A DNA stretch of 64,000 bases from Paragordius varius (taxonomy: Eukaryota > Animalia > Nematomorpha), in NCBI GenBank assembly GCA_964247055.1, contig OZ176050.1, forward strand, positions 14,012,001-14,076,000, given 5' to 3'. Under the pieces are notes generated by a model. The model saw only the letters and a program-made list of their open reading frames with translations. It had not been told where the DNA came from and ran no database searches. Both the position numbers and the translations under genes were made by a program. Of the stretch, positions 53,245 to 64,000 are shown one piece after another; the stretch's first letter is position 1; every line of letters begins with the position of its first letter.

Positions 53245-55330
53245 TTATCTTCCTCCTATAGTAAAGGGATCTGGGGGTTTTCGCTAGCGTTGTCTATACC
53301 TGGGTTTAGGTGTGTCTATACTCGTTATTGGACTTGCGTTTTTATCCTGTGTTATGTCTATCGCCGGTGATTGTGTATCATTGTTTGCGGCTTCAGGATC
53401 TGGTGGAATAGAGGTAATTTCTTCTGAAGCAATTCGTATTTCGGGTACTGGCGTGGTTGTTCTCGGACCTTCCATTCTTTGTTTTAATGGATCAGCTTGT
53501 TTTCTGAGTACTCTGTCGGTTTCGTCTTTTACCATGTATGACAACGGGCCCCTGCGTTCTAGTACTTCCCCTGCCCTCCATCCATTTTCTATTTCATTCT
53601 ATATAAAGCCCTTCTGCATTGGAACGAATTGGCGAGTCGGTTCCATTTCATTATCGATAAACTCAGTTGTTTGCGATTTGAGCCATGACATTGGACCATT
53701 TGGGTGTCTTTTCAGAAAGACGTTCGATGGGGTATCTCTAATTGCACTGTGTGTGGAGTTTCGATAGCCATATAATATTGTATTGATTGCCTCGTGTGCA
53801 TGCATTGTCTGCTATATCGAAACTTTAGGGTTGCATTGGACTTGGAATGTTATGGACTCACCAAAATATGTTTTATATTAAGATTATGTAAGGTACTTCT
53901 GAATTCATGGGATGTAAAATGTGGCCCATTATCGGTAACAATCTGTCTCGGGAAACCAAATCTCGCCATATGTTTTTCTAGGCAATTCGATATTTGTTGT
54001 GATGTTATTGATTTTAGTAGATCCATCTCAACCCATCTGGAAGCACTATCAATCGTGACTAACCAAAAATAACCGTCTATGGGGCTATGTCGATGTGAAT
54101 TCTCTCCCACAACGCGGTGTTGTAATTCCATTTCCACGTTGGTTTTTCCTTTATATTAGGCTTGTTTCTTTGACACGGTTCACATGTTTCTACAAAATTA
54201 AAACTCTTTCTAAGTTTGGCCAATATATGGAGTTGTTTCATCGATTGCACTCCGTTATGCACAGTATGTAATTTCATTACGTCCCGCTGCAAGGATGTGG
54301 GTATTAGTAATATGTCATTTACAAATAAAAGATTATAGTATAATTTTTTACTTTCAGTTCTTTGATACTTGGATCACTCCAATCATTTGTCCTTATTGCT
54401 GATTTAAGTTTGTTTGGTGGATCTAACATTATCTCATTTTCCACTTACTCTTTACTTAGTTTAAATTTATTCATAGTTAAAAATTTTACCGTGTGTGATA
54501 CATCATCTTATTTTGCACCTCCATGGTATTATCATTATTGGTAATCTGGATAGAGCGTCGGCTAAATTGTTTTGTTCTTTCTTATATCCGATTTCATAGT
54601 TGTATCCCGATGTTTTATAGATCCATCTAAGAAGTTAAGCATTATTAATATTTTGTAAATTTTGAGTTCGATCAAATAGCCCGATTAGTGGTTTGTGGTC
54701 GGTTATAATGTTAAATTTTCTGCCATATATAAATGGTTTAAATTTTTCTATAGCAAACGTGATAGCTTTTGCTTCTTTCTCTATTGTTGAATAATTGGCT
54801 TCAGCGTCGGTGCATTTGCGTGAGGCGTATGATATGGGACGCTTTCCTTCCGGGGTAATATGTAGTAAGATTGCTCCAAATCCCTTGTTTGATGCATCTG
54901 TTTCTATTATACCATTTTTCATGCAAAAACATCATTTTTTCAAGCAAACGCAACAATTTTTCAAGCAAACGCAACATTTTTTCAAGCAAATGCAACATTT
55001 TTTCATGCAAAAACATCATTTTTTCAAGCAAACGCAACATTTTTTCAAGCAAACGCAACATTTTTTCAACCAAATACAACATTTTTTCATCCAAACGCAA
55101 CATTTTTTCAAGCAAAGACAACATTTTTTCAAGCAAAAACAACACTTTTTTTAATATTACAAAGAATTACTATTTATTATTAATTATAAATTATTTATTA
55201 AATTTTAAGTTAATGTAATTTATTTTTAGCGTTGAATTATGATTTTTATCGTTTTACCATCAATATTTGATGGTAAAATTGATTTTCAAACATTTTGATT
55301 TCGCTTATAAATTGCATTATTTATTTATAA

Positions 55331-56450
55331 CACTAGACAACAAATTTTAACTTTTTTTAACTGCCATTCTTGTAAATTTTAAATTTATTTTATTAAAGTA
55401 CATAATTAGTATATCTGAAAAGAAATTGGTCTAGCATGCAAGAATTTTTTTATATTAGAGTTTATCGATAATTTTTGGCCCCGATTTAACATTAAACTCG
55501 AAATTTCGAAAAAAAGTTTTAGATATGAAGCCATGTATTTTATATCATTCGAAAGAGCGCAAAAAACTGCATCTTTTAAATGGTAGTAAGTCATTTAAAT
55601 CAATCGGATGTAAAAGTTATTTGGATTTATATGGTCGAAATTTTCAATCCTTAAATAAGTCAAGATTTTTCACAGGCAAACTAATTTGAAAATCATATAA
55701 ATTATTTTAATATAATTATTAGGGTTATATTAGTATTTAATTTAAAAAAAAATGTTTGAAAAAGCTTTTGGTTTGCTTTTTTAATAAAAATTATTATTAT
55801 CAAAAATATTTTGCCTAGTGGAGACTAAAATGCATAGTTATAACTGTAAATTTATTACATAATGGCTAAAAGATCAAAAATACCTTAAACTTTGTTTTTA
55901 TCTTTAAAATTTCGAAATTATCAGCCTCGTAAAGAAAATAAATTAATATTGATGAGATGGTAATTTTAAAAAAAACAAAAAAATTTAAAAATGGCTGTTT
56001 TGACTGTCATAAAAGCAATAAAAAAATGTTTCAATCAATAAAACTTCTTGTGTTATCTTTTTTGGACATTCATCACCATCTAGACAAAGTTTGAGCTATT
56101 TTAATCCATTAGTTTTAAAATAATAATAATAAAAAAAAATGCTCTCGCTTCGCGCGGTTGTCGCTCTCTGTGTCCAATATTAACTGTCGATGTAATACAT
56201 CTTAGTATGCATTTTATAGAGTTTTTATTACTCTTTCGAATGATATATTACAAATGGTCATTACTTGTATATTTTCAAAGAAAAACATTTTGTAGTAAAA
56301 TTTTGATAAAGAGGGCGCATAATCTTAAAAATCAAATTATACAAAATTCTTCCAACGAGTTATAATTTTTATTTCATATTTACGTTAAAATGATACCAAA
56401 TATCAGAAATTGCAAAAAACTCGAGCGGCAGAAAAATTTGTTGTCCAGTG
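55331..56450. mobile_element. 1.1-kb MITE with CACTGGACAACAAATTTT TIRs, nested in the foldback element
   Basis: CACTAGACAACAAATTTT at 55331; AAAATTTGTTGTCCAGTG ending 56450; its flanks join up as in the uninterrupted sister copy (reverse complement of about 58020-58110). Confidence 0.75.
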
Positions 56451-56499
56451 TAATAATTATATTTATCTTTTACAATTTTAGTTTCGCCTAATCATTTGA

Positions 56500-57035
56500 T
56501 TTGCACTTCAAGAGTGTCTTTGAAAGTTTAAAGTTGTCCTTCACTTCAAGTTGGTCCTTTGACTTTTTTGTTTTGTTTTTATTTATTAATTAAATCGAAA
56601 ATAATTTATCTATATTGCTTTTAACCTATTTTCTATTATTTAACATAAATTTTAAATCGATAACAACTTTTAATCTTTGAGAAACCGTATATTAATTTCT
56701 TAAAATAATTTTAGATATTTATAACACGAAAAAAAAATATATGAGTTTTCTGGGTTATTAAAAAATTTTCATTAATAACATTAAAAGTTAATAATTTTGT
56801 TCAATTAAAAAAAATATTTTGAAACAAAAAAGTGGTTTTTCAATAAAATTTTTATTTTTAAATAAAATATATAATAAATAAAGAAAATTAGGTTAATAAA
56901 TAATAATATTAAAAAATTAATGCAAAAATTAGGGTAAAACAAAATTTATATATTTTAAGGACCAACTTAAAAAGTTCAAAGACCAACTTGAAATCTTCAA
57001 GGACCAACTTGAAGTATTCAAACTCTTGAAGTGCA
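56500..57035. mobile_element. Type B TACCATTT MITE embedded as the core of the composite element (termini eroded)
   Basis: Inverted ends TTTGCACTTCAAGAGTGTC and CTCTTGAAGTGCAAA; body is a reverse-orientation homolog of 59330-60059. Confidence 0.8.
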
Positions 57036-57089
57036 AATAAATAATTTGATTAGGCGAATTTTAAAAGATAAATATAATTATTATAAATA

Positions 57090-58429
57090 TACCATTTTTC
57101 ATGCAAAAACATCATTTTTTCAACCAAATGCAACATTTTTTCAACCAATCTCAACATTTTTTCAAGCAAACGCAACATTTTTTCAAGCAAAGACAACATT
57201 TTTTCGAGCAAACGCAACATTTTTTCAAGCAAAGACAACAATTTTTCATCCAAACGCAACATTTTTTCAAGCAAACGCAACATTTTTTTTCAACCAAATA
57301 CAACATTTTTTCATCCAAACGCAACATTTTTTCAACCAAAGACAACATTTTTTCAAGCAAAAACAACAATTTTTTTGAAATAAAAAACCATTTTTTTATT
57401 TTTAGACATATTAAATTTAAAGTTAATTTAAACTAATTTTAGCGTAGAATTATGATTATTATTGTTTTATCATCAATATTTGATGGTATGATTGATTTTC
57501 AAACATTTTAATTCCCATAAATTGCATTATTTATTTAAAAATATTTTTTTTATCAATCAATACAATTTGCGCTTTAAGACTCTCTTTAAAAATTAAAAGA
57601 TATCCTTCGCCTAAAATTCCTTACATTTTTTGCAGTTTCCATAAACCGTTATTTTTGTGTGTAATTATCTATTTTTTTCTCTATTTATTTTTTGAATCAA
57701 AATTAATATTTTCATAGTAAAACAACTTTGTTTTAAAATTTTCTTTTCATCAATATTGTAAATTTATTATTGTTTTAAACCAAATATTACCATTAATAAC
57801 CCACACGTAGATATTTTTAATATTAATTTATAGAAAATAATAAGGATACGGTTCTTATGAAAGAAATGTATTCACTTAAAGGTATAGGTTAAATAAAAAA
57901 ATAGGTTTAAATGATTGAATAATGAATATTTTATTGCTACATTAATAAACGTTAGAATCAAAATTAAAATATTGAAGGACCAACTTATAGTGTACTAGGG
58001 CTAACTTTAAATAAAGAACAATCTTGAAGCGCAGTATAGATTGATTAGGTAAAACTAAAGTTGTAAAAGAAAAAAATAATTAATATAAATAAATAATGCA
58101 ATTTATGGGCTAAATTAAAATGTTTGAAAATCAATCATACCATCAAATATTGATGATAAAACAATAATAATCATAATTCTACGCTAAAATTAGTTTACAT
58201 TAACTTTAAATTTAATATGTCTAAAAATAAAAAAATGGTTTTTTATTTTAAAAAAATTGTTGTTTTTGCTTGAAAAAATGTCGTCGTTGGTTGAAAAAAT
58301 GTTGCGTTTGGATGAAAAAATGTTGTATTTGGTTGAAAAAATGTTGCGTTTGCTTGAAAAAATGTTGAGTTTGGTTGAAAAAATGTTGCATTTGGTTGAA
58401 AAAATGATGTTTTTGCATGAAAAATGGTA
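57090..58429. mobile_element. Second copy of the composite foldback element, nested in the right arm of the first
   Basis: TACCATTTTTCATGC at 57090; GCATGAAAAATGGTA ending 58429; TA TSD at 57088-57089 and 58430-58431. Confidence 0.88.
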
Positions 58430-59329
58430 TAAATAAGGCAATTTATGGGCGAAATCAAAATGTTTGAAAATCAATTTTACCATCAAATATTGATGGTAAA
58501 ACGATAAAAATCATAATTCAACGCTAAAAATAAATTACATTAACTTAAAATTAAATAGATAATTTATAATTAACAATAAATAGTAAGTCTTTGTAATATT
58601 AAAAAAAGTGATGTTTTTGCTTGAAAAAATGTTGTCTTTGGTTGAAAAAATGTTGCGTTTGGATGAAAAAATGTTGTATTTGGTTGAAAAAATGTTGCAT
58701 TTGGTTAAAAAAATGTTGCGTTTGCTTGAAAAAATGTTGCGTTTGCTTGAAAAAATGTTGTCTTTGCTTGAAAAAATGTTGCATTTGCTTGAAAATTTGT
58801 TGCCTTTGCTTGAAAAAATGTTGCGTTTGCTTGAAAAAATGGTGCGTTTGGTTGAAAAAATGATGTTTTTGCATGAAAAATGGTATAGTATCGGCCAATT
58901 TGCGTTATACGGTTATAATGTATTGTAATTTATCATTAGTTGTTTTGCGGATTGGAACTCCTCTTCTTCCAGGCCCATGGTCTGGTTGAGCCTGTGTTTC
59001 TGTGAAGGTTGCATATATGATGGAGATTCGGTATAAATCTTCCGTGAAGGTTTAGCAGCCCTAAAAATGACCTCAGTTCTGTCTTATTAGTGGGTCTCGG
59101 ACAATTGATCAGAGCTTGAATTTTGTCATTGGTGCGACAAATTTCATTCTTTGAAATTTCATATCCCATATAATTGACAGATGAAACAGCAAGTTGCAAT
59201 TTCTCTTTACTCAGATCCAACCCTGTAGCTTCCAATCGTTGCAATACCCTGGTCAGTGTTGCATCATGTTCGGTTCTAGTTTTACCTTATATTAATATGT
59301 CATCCAAATAGATACATATACCTAGTATA

Positions 59330-60059
59330 TACCATTTGCACTTCAAGAGTGTCCTTGAACAGTTCAAGTTGGTCCTTGAACAATTCAAGTTGGTCCTTGA
59401 ATAATTCAAGTTGGTCCTTGAACAGTTCAAGTTGGTCCTAGAACAAAAGTTGGTCCTTGAACAGTTCATGGTTCTTGAACACTTCAAGGTGGTCCCTAAA
59501 ATTTATAAATTTTGATTTAACCATAATTTTTGCATTTATTTTTTTATTTTATTATTTAATAACCTAATTTTCTTTATTTATTATATACTTATTCATTTAA
59601 ATATAAAATTTTTTATTTAAAAACCAATTTTTTTCAAACTATTTTTTTTCAATTGACCAAAATTATTGACTTTTAAATGTTTTTAATGAAAAATTTTAAT
59701 TAATAACCAAAAAACTTATATATTTTTTTATTTCATGTTAAAATCTTAAAAATATCCAAAATTATTTTAAGAAATTAATAAAGATATACGGTTTCTTGAT
59801 TAAAAGTATCGATTTAAAATCGATGTTAAATATAGAAAATAGGTTAAAAACAATAAAATAGATGAATTATTTACGATTTATAAAAGTTAAAAACAAAACA
59901 AAAAAGTCAAAGGACCAACTTAGTGTTCAAGGATAACTTGAAATGTTCAAGGACCAACTTGAACTGTTAGAGGACCAACTTGAATTGTTTAAGGACCAAC
60001 TTGAAATGTTCAAGGACCAACTTGAAGTGTTCAAGGACACTCTTGAAGTGCAAATGGTA
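59330..60059. mobile_element. Type B TACCATTT MITE inserted in Gypsy B RT
   Basis: TIR TACCATTTGCACTTCAAGAGTGTCCTTGAAC plus 21-bp repeats GAACAGTTCAAGTTGGTCCTT; TA TSD at 59328-59329 and 60060-60061; removal restores QQIMDNLIGDILGICIYLDD. Confidence 0.93.
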
Positions 60060-61659
60060 TATCCCCAATCAAATTATCCATGATTTGTTGAAATATATGA
60101 GGGGTAGTAGGCAACCCAAATGGAAATCGTTGGTAACAATAACCTTGATGGGTAGTTATGGTCAATAGTGGTTATGCTGATTGTTGTATGGGAATTCGCA
60201 GGTAAGCATCCTTCAGATCTAGCGATGTAAAAACTGTCCCTTGAGCTGTTTTTGTGATTAGTTCATCGAAGGTCAGGATTACGTGGGAATCGGGTAGCAA
60301 ATGAGGATTGATGCTGATTCGGAAATCCGCACATATCCTAATTTGACCATTTGGTGTTGATATATTTATTGGTGTGGCCCAAGATTTACGTTCCATATTT
60401 GGGTCGATTTTTCTTAGGATACCTAGGTCTAATAATCTATCCAGCTCCTTTTCCACACGTTATTGTAGGGGTAGGGGAACTCTCCTGCAGGGGTATATTT
60501 TGGGTGTTACACTATTTTTATTGCAATTGATACCTCCATATTCTTTAAACAGCCTAACCCGACCGAGAAAAACCTATTATACTGATTATATATTGATTTA
60601 TTAGTTATATTATTAATCATCCCATTATTAGGTAAATTTAAATCAAATGCACGAATCCAAGGAAGAACAAAAATTAATGGTCGATCTCCCTCGGTTACAA
60701 AACATTCAAGGATTTTTGTGATGCCGTTCATTGTTACGCTTAATTCTGTTTTACCGATAATCAGGATTGTTTCGTTATTGTATGTGGATAGTCTCTGTCC
60801 TACCTCTAGTCGTGGTAGTCCGGTTGATCTCCAGCATCTGTCATTGATAACCGTCACATCAGCACCTGTGTCAACATTAATATTTCTATTCCGTTTAGTT
60901 GCACGGTTATTGTTGGGCCCATCTCAATTGAATTTGTTACTAACCGAATACCTTGTTTGGTGGGACACTTGGTAAGACAATACTTGGCAAAATGATTATA
61001 TTTACCGCCCTTGTAGCAACGTTGACCGTTTGCATTACATCTGTCGATCGAATGTCGCTTGCCACATCGTTGACAATCTCTTTGTTGCATGACTCTTTCT
61101 TGGGAGATCTTAAGCACTTTTGGTTCAATCAATTCTAGGGATCTTGCCATATCTTTTATCATCTGTAATGACAATGGTTCGCTTTCATTTTGACCCGTGT
61201 GGAATCTTATATGCTCCCGTTCTAGGATTGGCATATTTAGTCCTATTAAGAAACCATCTCTTAATTAGTATGCTATATGCCTTCAAAATCACAATCATCA
61301 GCTATCACTTTTAGTCCTTCAACAGAACTCATATATTGAAACACCTTCATGTCTTGTGTTTTAAAGAATTCTTTTCGACTTAGCCATAAATTGTCAGGGA
61401 CAAAGATTTGAAATGCCAATTCTTAAATTTAAGGCCATGTCATATCCTCTATTTTGGTTGGGAATGCTTGATTTTCCAGTTTTGAGATTGTTCTGAGTCC
61501 TGCCTACGCAAGGAATAAGTTTTATTTCATTATTTGTATTAATGTTTTTAGCGATTAAAATACGATTCATGAGCTTTAAGTATTGTAAAATTAGTGTTTG
61601 AATCGAATTCGTTAATACTGATTTGGGAAATTTCATTTTCCATTTCTAAACGGCACCAA

Positions 61660-61953
61660 TGAACGCGTTTAATATAGAAATAAAATAGAATTTATTATCT
61701 CACAATAGGTGTATTTATATATTTTAGCAAGGATAATTGACAATAACTAAATTAGAATACTATTTGTATTAAATACAATGTCATAGAAAATTTCCATATA
61801 AATAAATACAATGTCATATAAAATATAAATAATTTAACTTAAGGTTATAAACTTGGCAACTAACTTAATTAGAATACCATTTGTAATAAATACAATGTCA
61901 TATAAATTATCCATATAAATAATAATAATTTAACTTAAGGTTATAAAGAAACA
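61660..61953 (-). repeat. 5' LTR of Gypsy B
   Basis: Adjacent to the PBS; TG/CA termini. Confidence 0.9.
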
Positions 61954-62642
61954 ATGTTGTTGGGACATTCAATTTATTTTGGCTAAATTTATATTGGATC
62001 TTTTTGAATTACGCATTTCTACGTTTAACTTGAGAGACGTAGACATTTTTTTAAAATATTATTGTTTTGCTTGTTATATGTAGTATATGATATATTTTAG
62101 TAATATTTTTGGAATGAACCATTATAATTTTCACCAAAAAATCTTATTTAACAAAATATGCTCAAATTTCGACATTTTCTGATATGATATGGAGGCACAA
62201 ATGCTAATAACTTTCTTAAATCTTACTCGTAAGCCCAAGTCAAAGCCAAAACGAGGCGTAACTTGCATTTCTGGCGCCCATTGGATGAAACCGTAATATC
62301 GCCCCCTCTTTTCCTCCCCCTATCTACTGGTCGGAGGTGTACACTTTGGTATAAAATCTTTTTAATATACCCCCTTTACATGATTGTTTTATAGTTTTTT
62401 TTCTTCTATTGAAATATTGTGATTCTAATAAAATTTTATGGTCCAAAAAAAATAGATAATAAATATATTTCATTACATAGGCTTCTTTTGGTGTAACACC
62501 TAATAGTAATCATTAAAGTAAATATTGACTGATGCATCATCCAAATACATCAATTTTCAGTCGACTAAGATAATAAAAATTGTTTATTTGTAAATTGGCA
62601 AATTTTTAGCTTAATTCATTTAACACATTTTTAATTTCAGCC

Positions 62643-64000
62643 ATGTTGATAAGCAACTATTCACTGATCATTTTATCGATAACTTCACTATTTTTGATTC
62701 TAAGCCATATCGGTAAAAATTAACTTAAATTGATTTTAAGGGTCAAGAATTTAATCTTTGTCTATTAATTTTTTAGATGCCCTCATACCAAATGATCAGG
62801 ATATTCAAACAATATTGGAATTGCATAATCGAGAACGTTCCAACCTAAATGCGAAAACAATGATGAAACTGGTATTTTAATTTTGAAACTTTTTAACTAT
62901 ATCTATATATGGGTATTTTTATAAAAAGTAATCTAAATATAATGCCTATTACCATATACCATTTATAATTCAAATTTATCCTATAAATAAATTATGTGTT
63001 TTCGGTATATATAACTCATCATTAATATGAATATTCTTATGGCATATTTTATTATTTTTTCAGTATTATATTAATTATAAACAAAATTTCACCTTCTAAA
63101 TATATAAAAAAATATAAGTAATTTTTGATTTTAGAAAACCATATAATTTATTTTAGGGTTAATTTTAATTGTTTGAGGGTGAATTTGAATTGTTCAGGGT
63201 AAATTTGAATTGTTCGGGTGTGAATTTGAAATGTAAATGGTATATTTTTATATTTAAACTCAAATATTTATAATAAATCTCGACGGGCAAAGCATGGTAA
63301 ATCAGTCGATTTCGGCCATTTTGTTATAAATGAAAAACTTAAAATGTTGTATGATGGTTAACTATGTTTGAATCAATATAAAACTGCGTCATAATATAGA
63401 TAATAACAAACAAATAAAGCAAACACATATAGATAAATAGTAGTCAACTAATGGTTTAATAAGAAAGAATAGGGTGATCATATTGATTTTAAAAATTAGT
63501 ATAGGCTGTAACTTATTATACAAAACATTAATCTTTGTTAATTTTAACAAACCCTGTTTAAAGACAAATTAGAAATATAATAAAAAAACATATTTTGAGC
63601 TCTGTATATCAACAAATGATAAAATCAATCCGGGGTATAATATTATAAGCTTAAAAACAACCCAAAATTATTTAATATTCTCTTAGTTTGGTTTCAACTA
63701 TCCATTAACTAGAGGTAACGATTTCGTGTGTGCAATAATTAAAACATATATAGTTTTTCAGGGTTTGACAACTAAGCCAAATCAAACCGCTTCTATTTGA
63801 GCACAAAGGGAAATGTTAATTACATATATGTAATAGCCAGGCAGGTTATCCCGTTAAACTCAAACATTGAATGCCTAAAAAGGCTGTTACATTTAATTAT
63901 TTTATATCAATATCATAGGAGTGGTATGCAGAAGGCGCAAAACAAGCAGAAAAAAATGTTGCCGACTGTATTTATAAGCATGATGACCCAAAAACAGCAG
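62643..64000 (+). CDS. Secreted CAP/SCP-TAPS (venom-allergen/PR-1-like) protein, 5' part (exons 62643-62712, 62777-62871, 63919 to window end)
   Basis: Spliced in frame: hydrophobic leader MLISNYSLIILSITSLFLILSHI, then DALIPNDQDIQTILELHNRERSNLNAKTMMKL and EWYAEGAKQAEKNVADCIYKH, matching the CAP pattern L..HN..R...A..M..L.W......A......C...H. Confidence 0.85.
62957..63242. mobile_element. TACCATTT-family MITE, short type A, in CAP gene intron 2
   Basis: TACCATTTATAATTCAAATTT and AATTTGAAATGTAAATGGTA ends; TA on both sides; 21-bp repeats in the right arm. Confidence 0.8.

Larger units (their letters stand above)
54910..58885. mobile_element. Composite foldback element (TACCATTT ends, ~420-450-bp TIRs with 21-bp repeats) inserted in Gypsy B RNase H
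   Basis: TA TSD at 54908-54909 and 58886-58887; removal restores ...WPILIETDAS; arms 54910 to about 55325 and about 58432-58885 are inverted repeats; repeat unit TTTTTTCAAGCAAACGCAACA. Confidence 0.92.
53260..61643 (-). pseudogene. Gypsy B gag-pol, fragmented
   Basis: Zinc knuckles CQRCGKRH and CYK.GKYNHFAKYC; protease VDTGADVTVI (about 60860); RT WATP...IRICADFR, LDLKDAYL, IYLDD; RNase H ETDASNKGFGA...YSTIEKEA; integrase H..H...CEPC, VTDNGPHF and YRNSTH. Confidence 0.92.
52923..61953 (-). mobile_element. Ty3/Gypsy LTR retrotransposon B (degenerate, full length, with nested insertions)
   Basis: LTRs 61660-61953 (5') and 52923-53244 (3'); TSD ATATT/ATGTT (4 of 5); PBS TGGTGCCGT (61658-61650) complementary to the tRNA-His 3' end; PPT AGGAGGAAGATAA (53257-53245). 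Confidence 0.93.

Noticed and set aside
54795-58928. Heptad-repeat ORFs (QHFFKQT..., MLRLLEK..., KKCC...) resembling coiled-coil or Cys-rich proteins
   Set aside because: Automatic result of a stop-free 21-bp tandem repeat read in several frames on both strands inside transposon TIRs.
59340-60050. Regularly spaced 21-bp repeats resembling a CRISPR array
   Set aside because: Repeats are head-to-tail with no unique spacers, lie in inverted arms with a TA TSD, there are no cas genes, and the context is eukaryotic.

Overview
Very AT-rich eukaryotic (invertebrate, probably ecdysozoan; inference) genomic DNA dominated by transposons and repeats. Host genes: (1) a nine-exon minus-strand gene (37338-44802, about 1050 aa, splice phases consistent) with a central Smad-MH2-like domain of the expansion/rebuf type; (2) the first three coding exons of a secreted CAP/SCP-domain gene (62643-64000, +); (3) a decayed multi-exon gene of unknown family with repeated beta-rich modules (about 2400-12223, -) and an inverted partial paralog (about 51593-52920, +). 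Mobile DNA: two degenerate full-length Ty3/Gypsy LTR elements with LTRs, PBS, PPT and 5-bp TSDs; a Penelope-like fragment forming a 1.7-kb palindrome with hammerhead-like motifs; a non-autonomous Helitron with one 3' end and four 5' ends, inserted in a 3.5-kb tandem array; two hAT derivatives with 8-bp TSDs; a mariner relic; two GGG-terminated 1-kb MITEs; and a family of TA-targeting foldback elements (TACCATTT ends, 21-bp internal repeats) nested inside each other and inside a Gypsy pol. All assignments are by eye from the sequence and ORF track; no searches were run.
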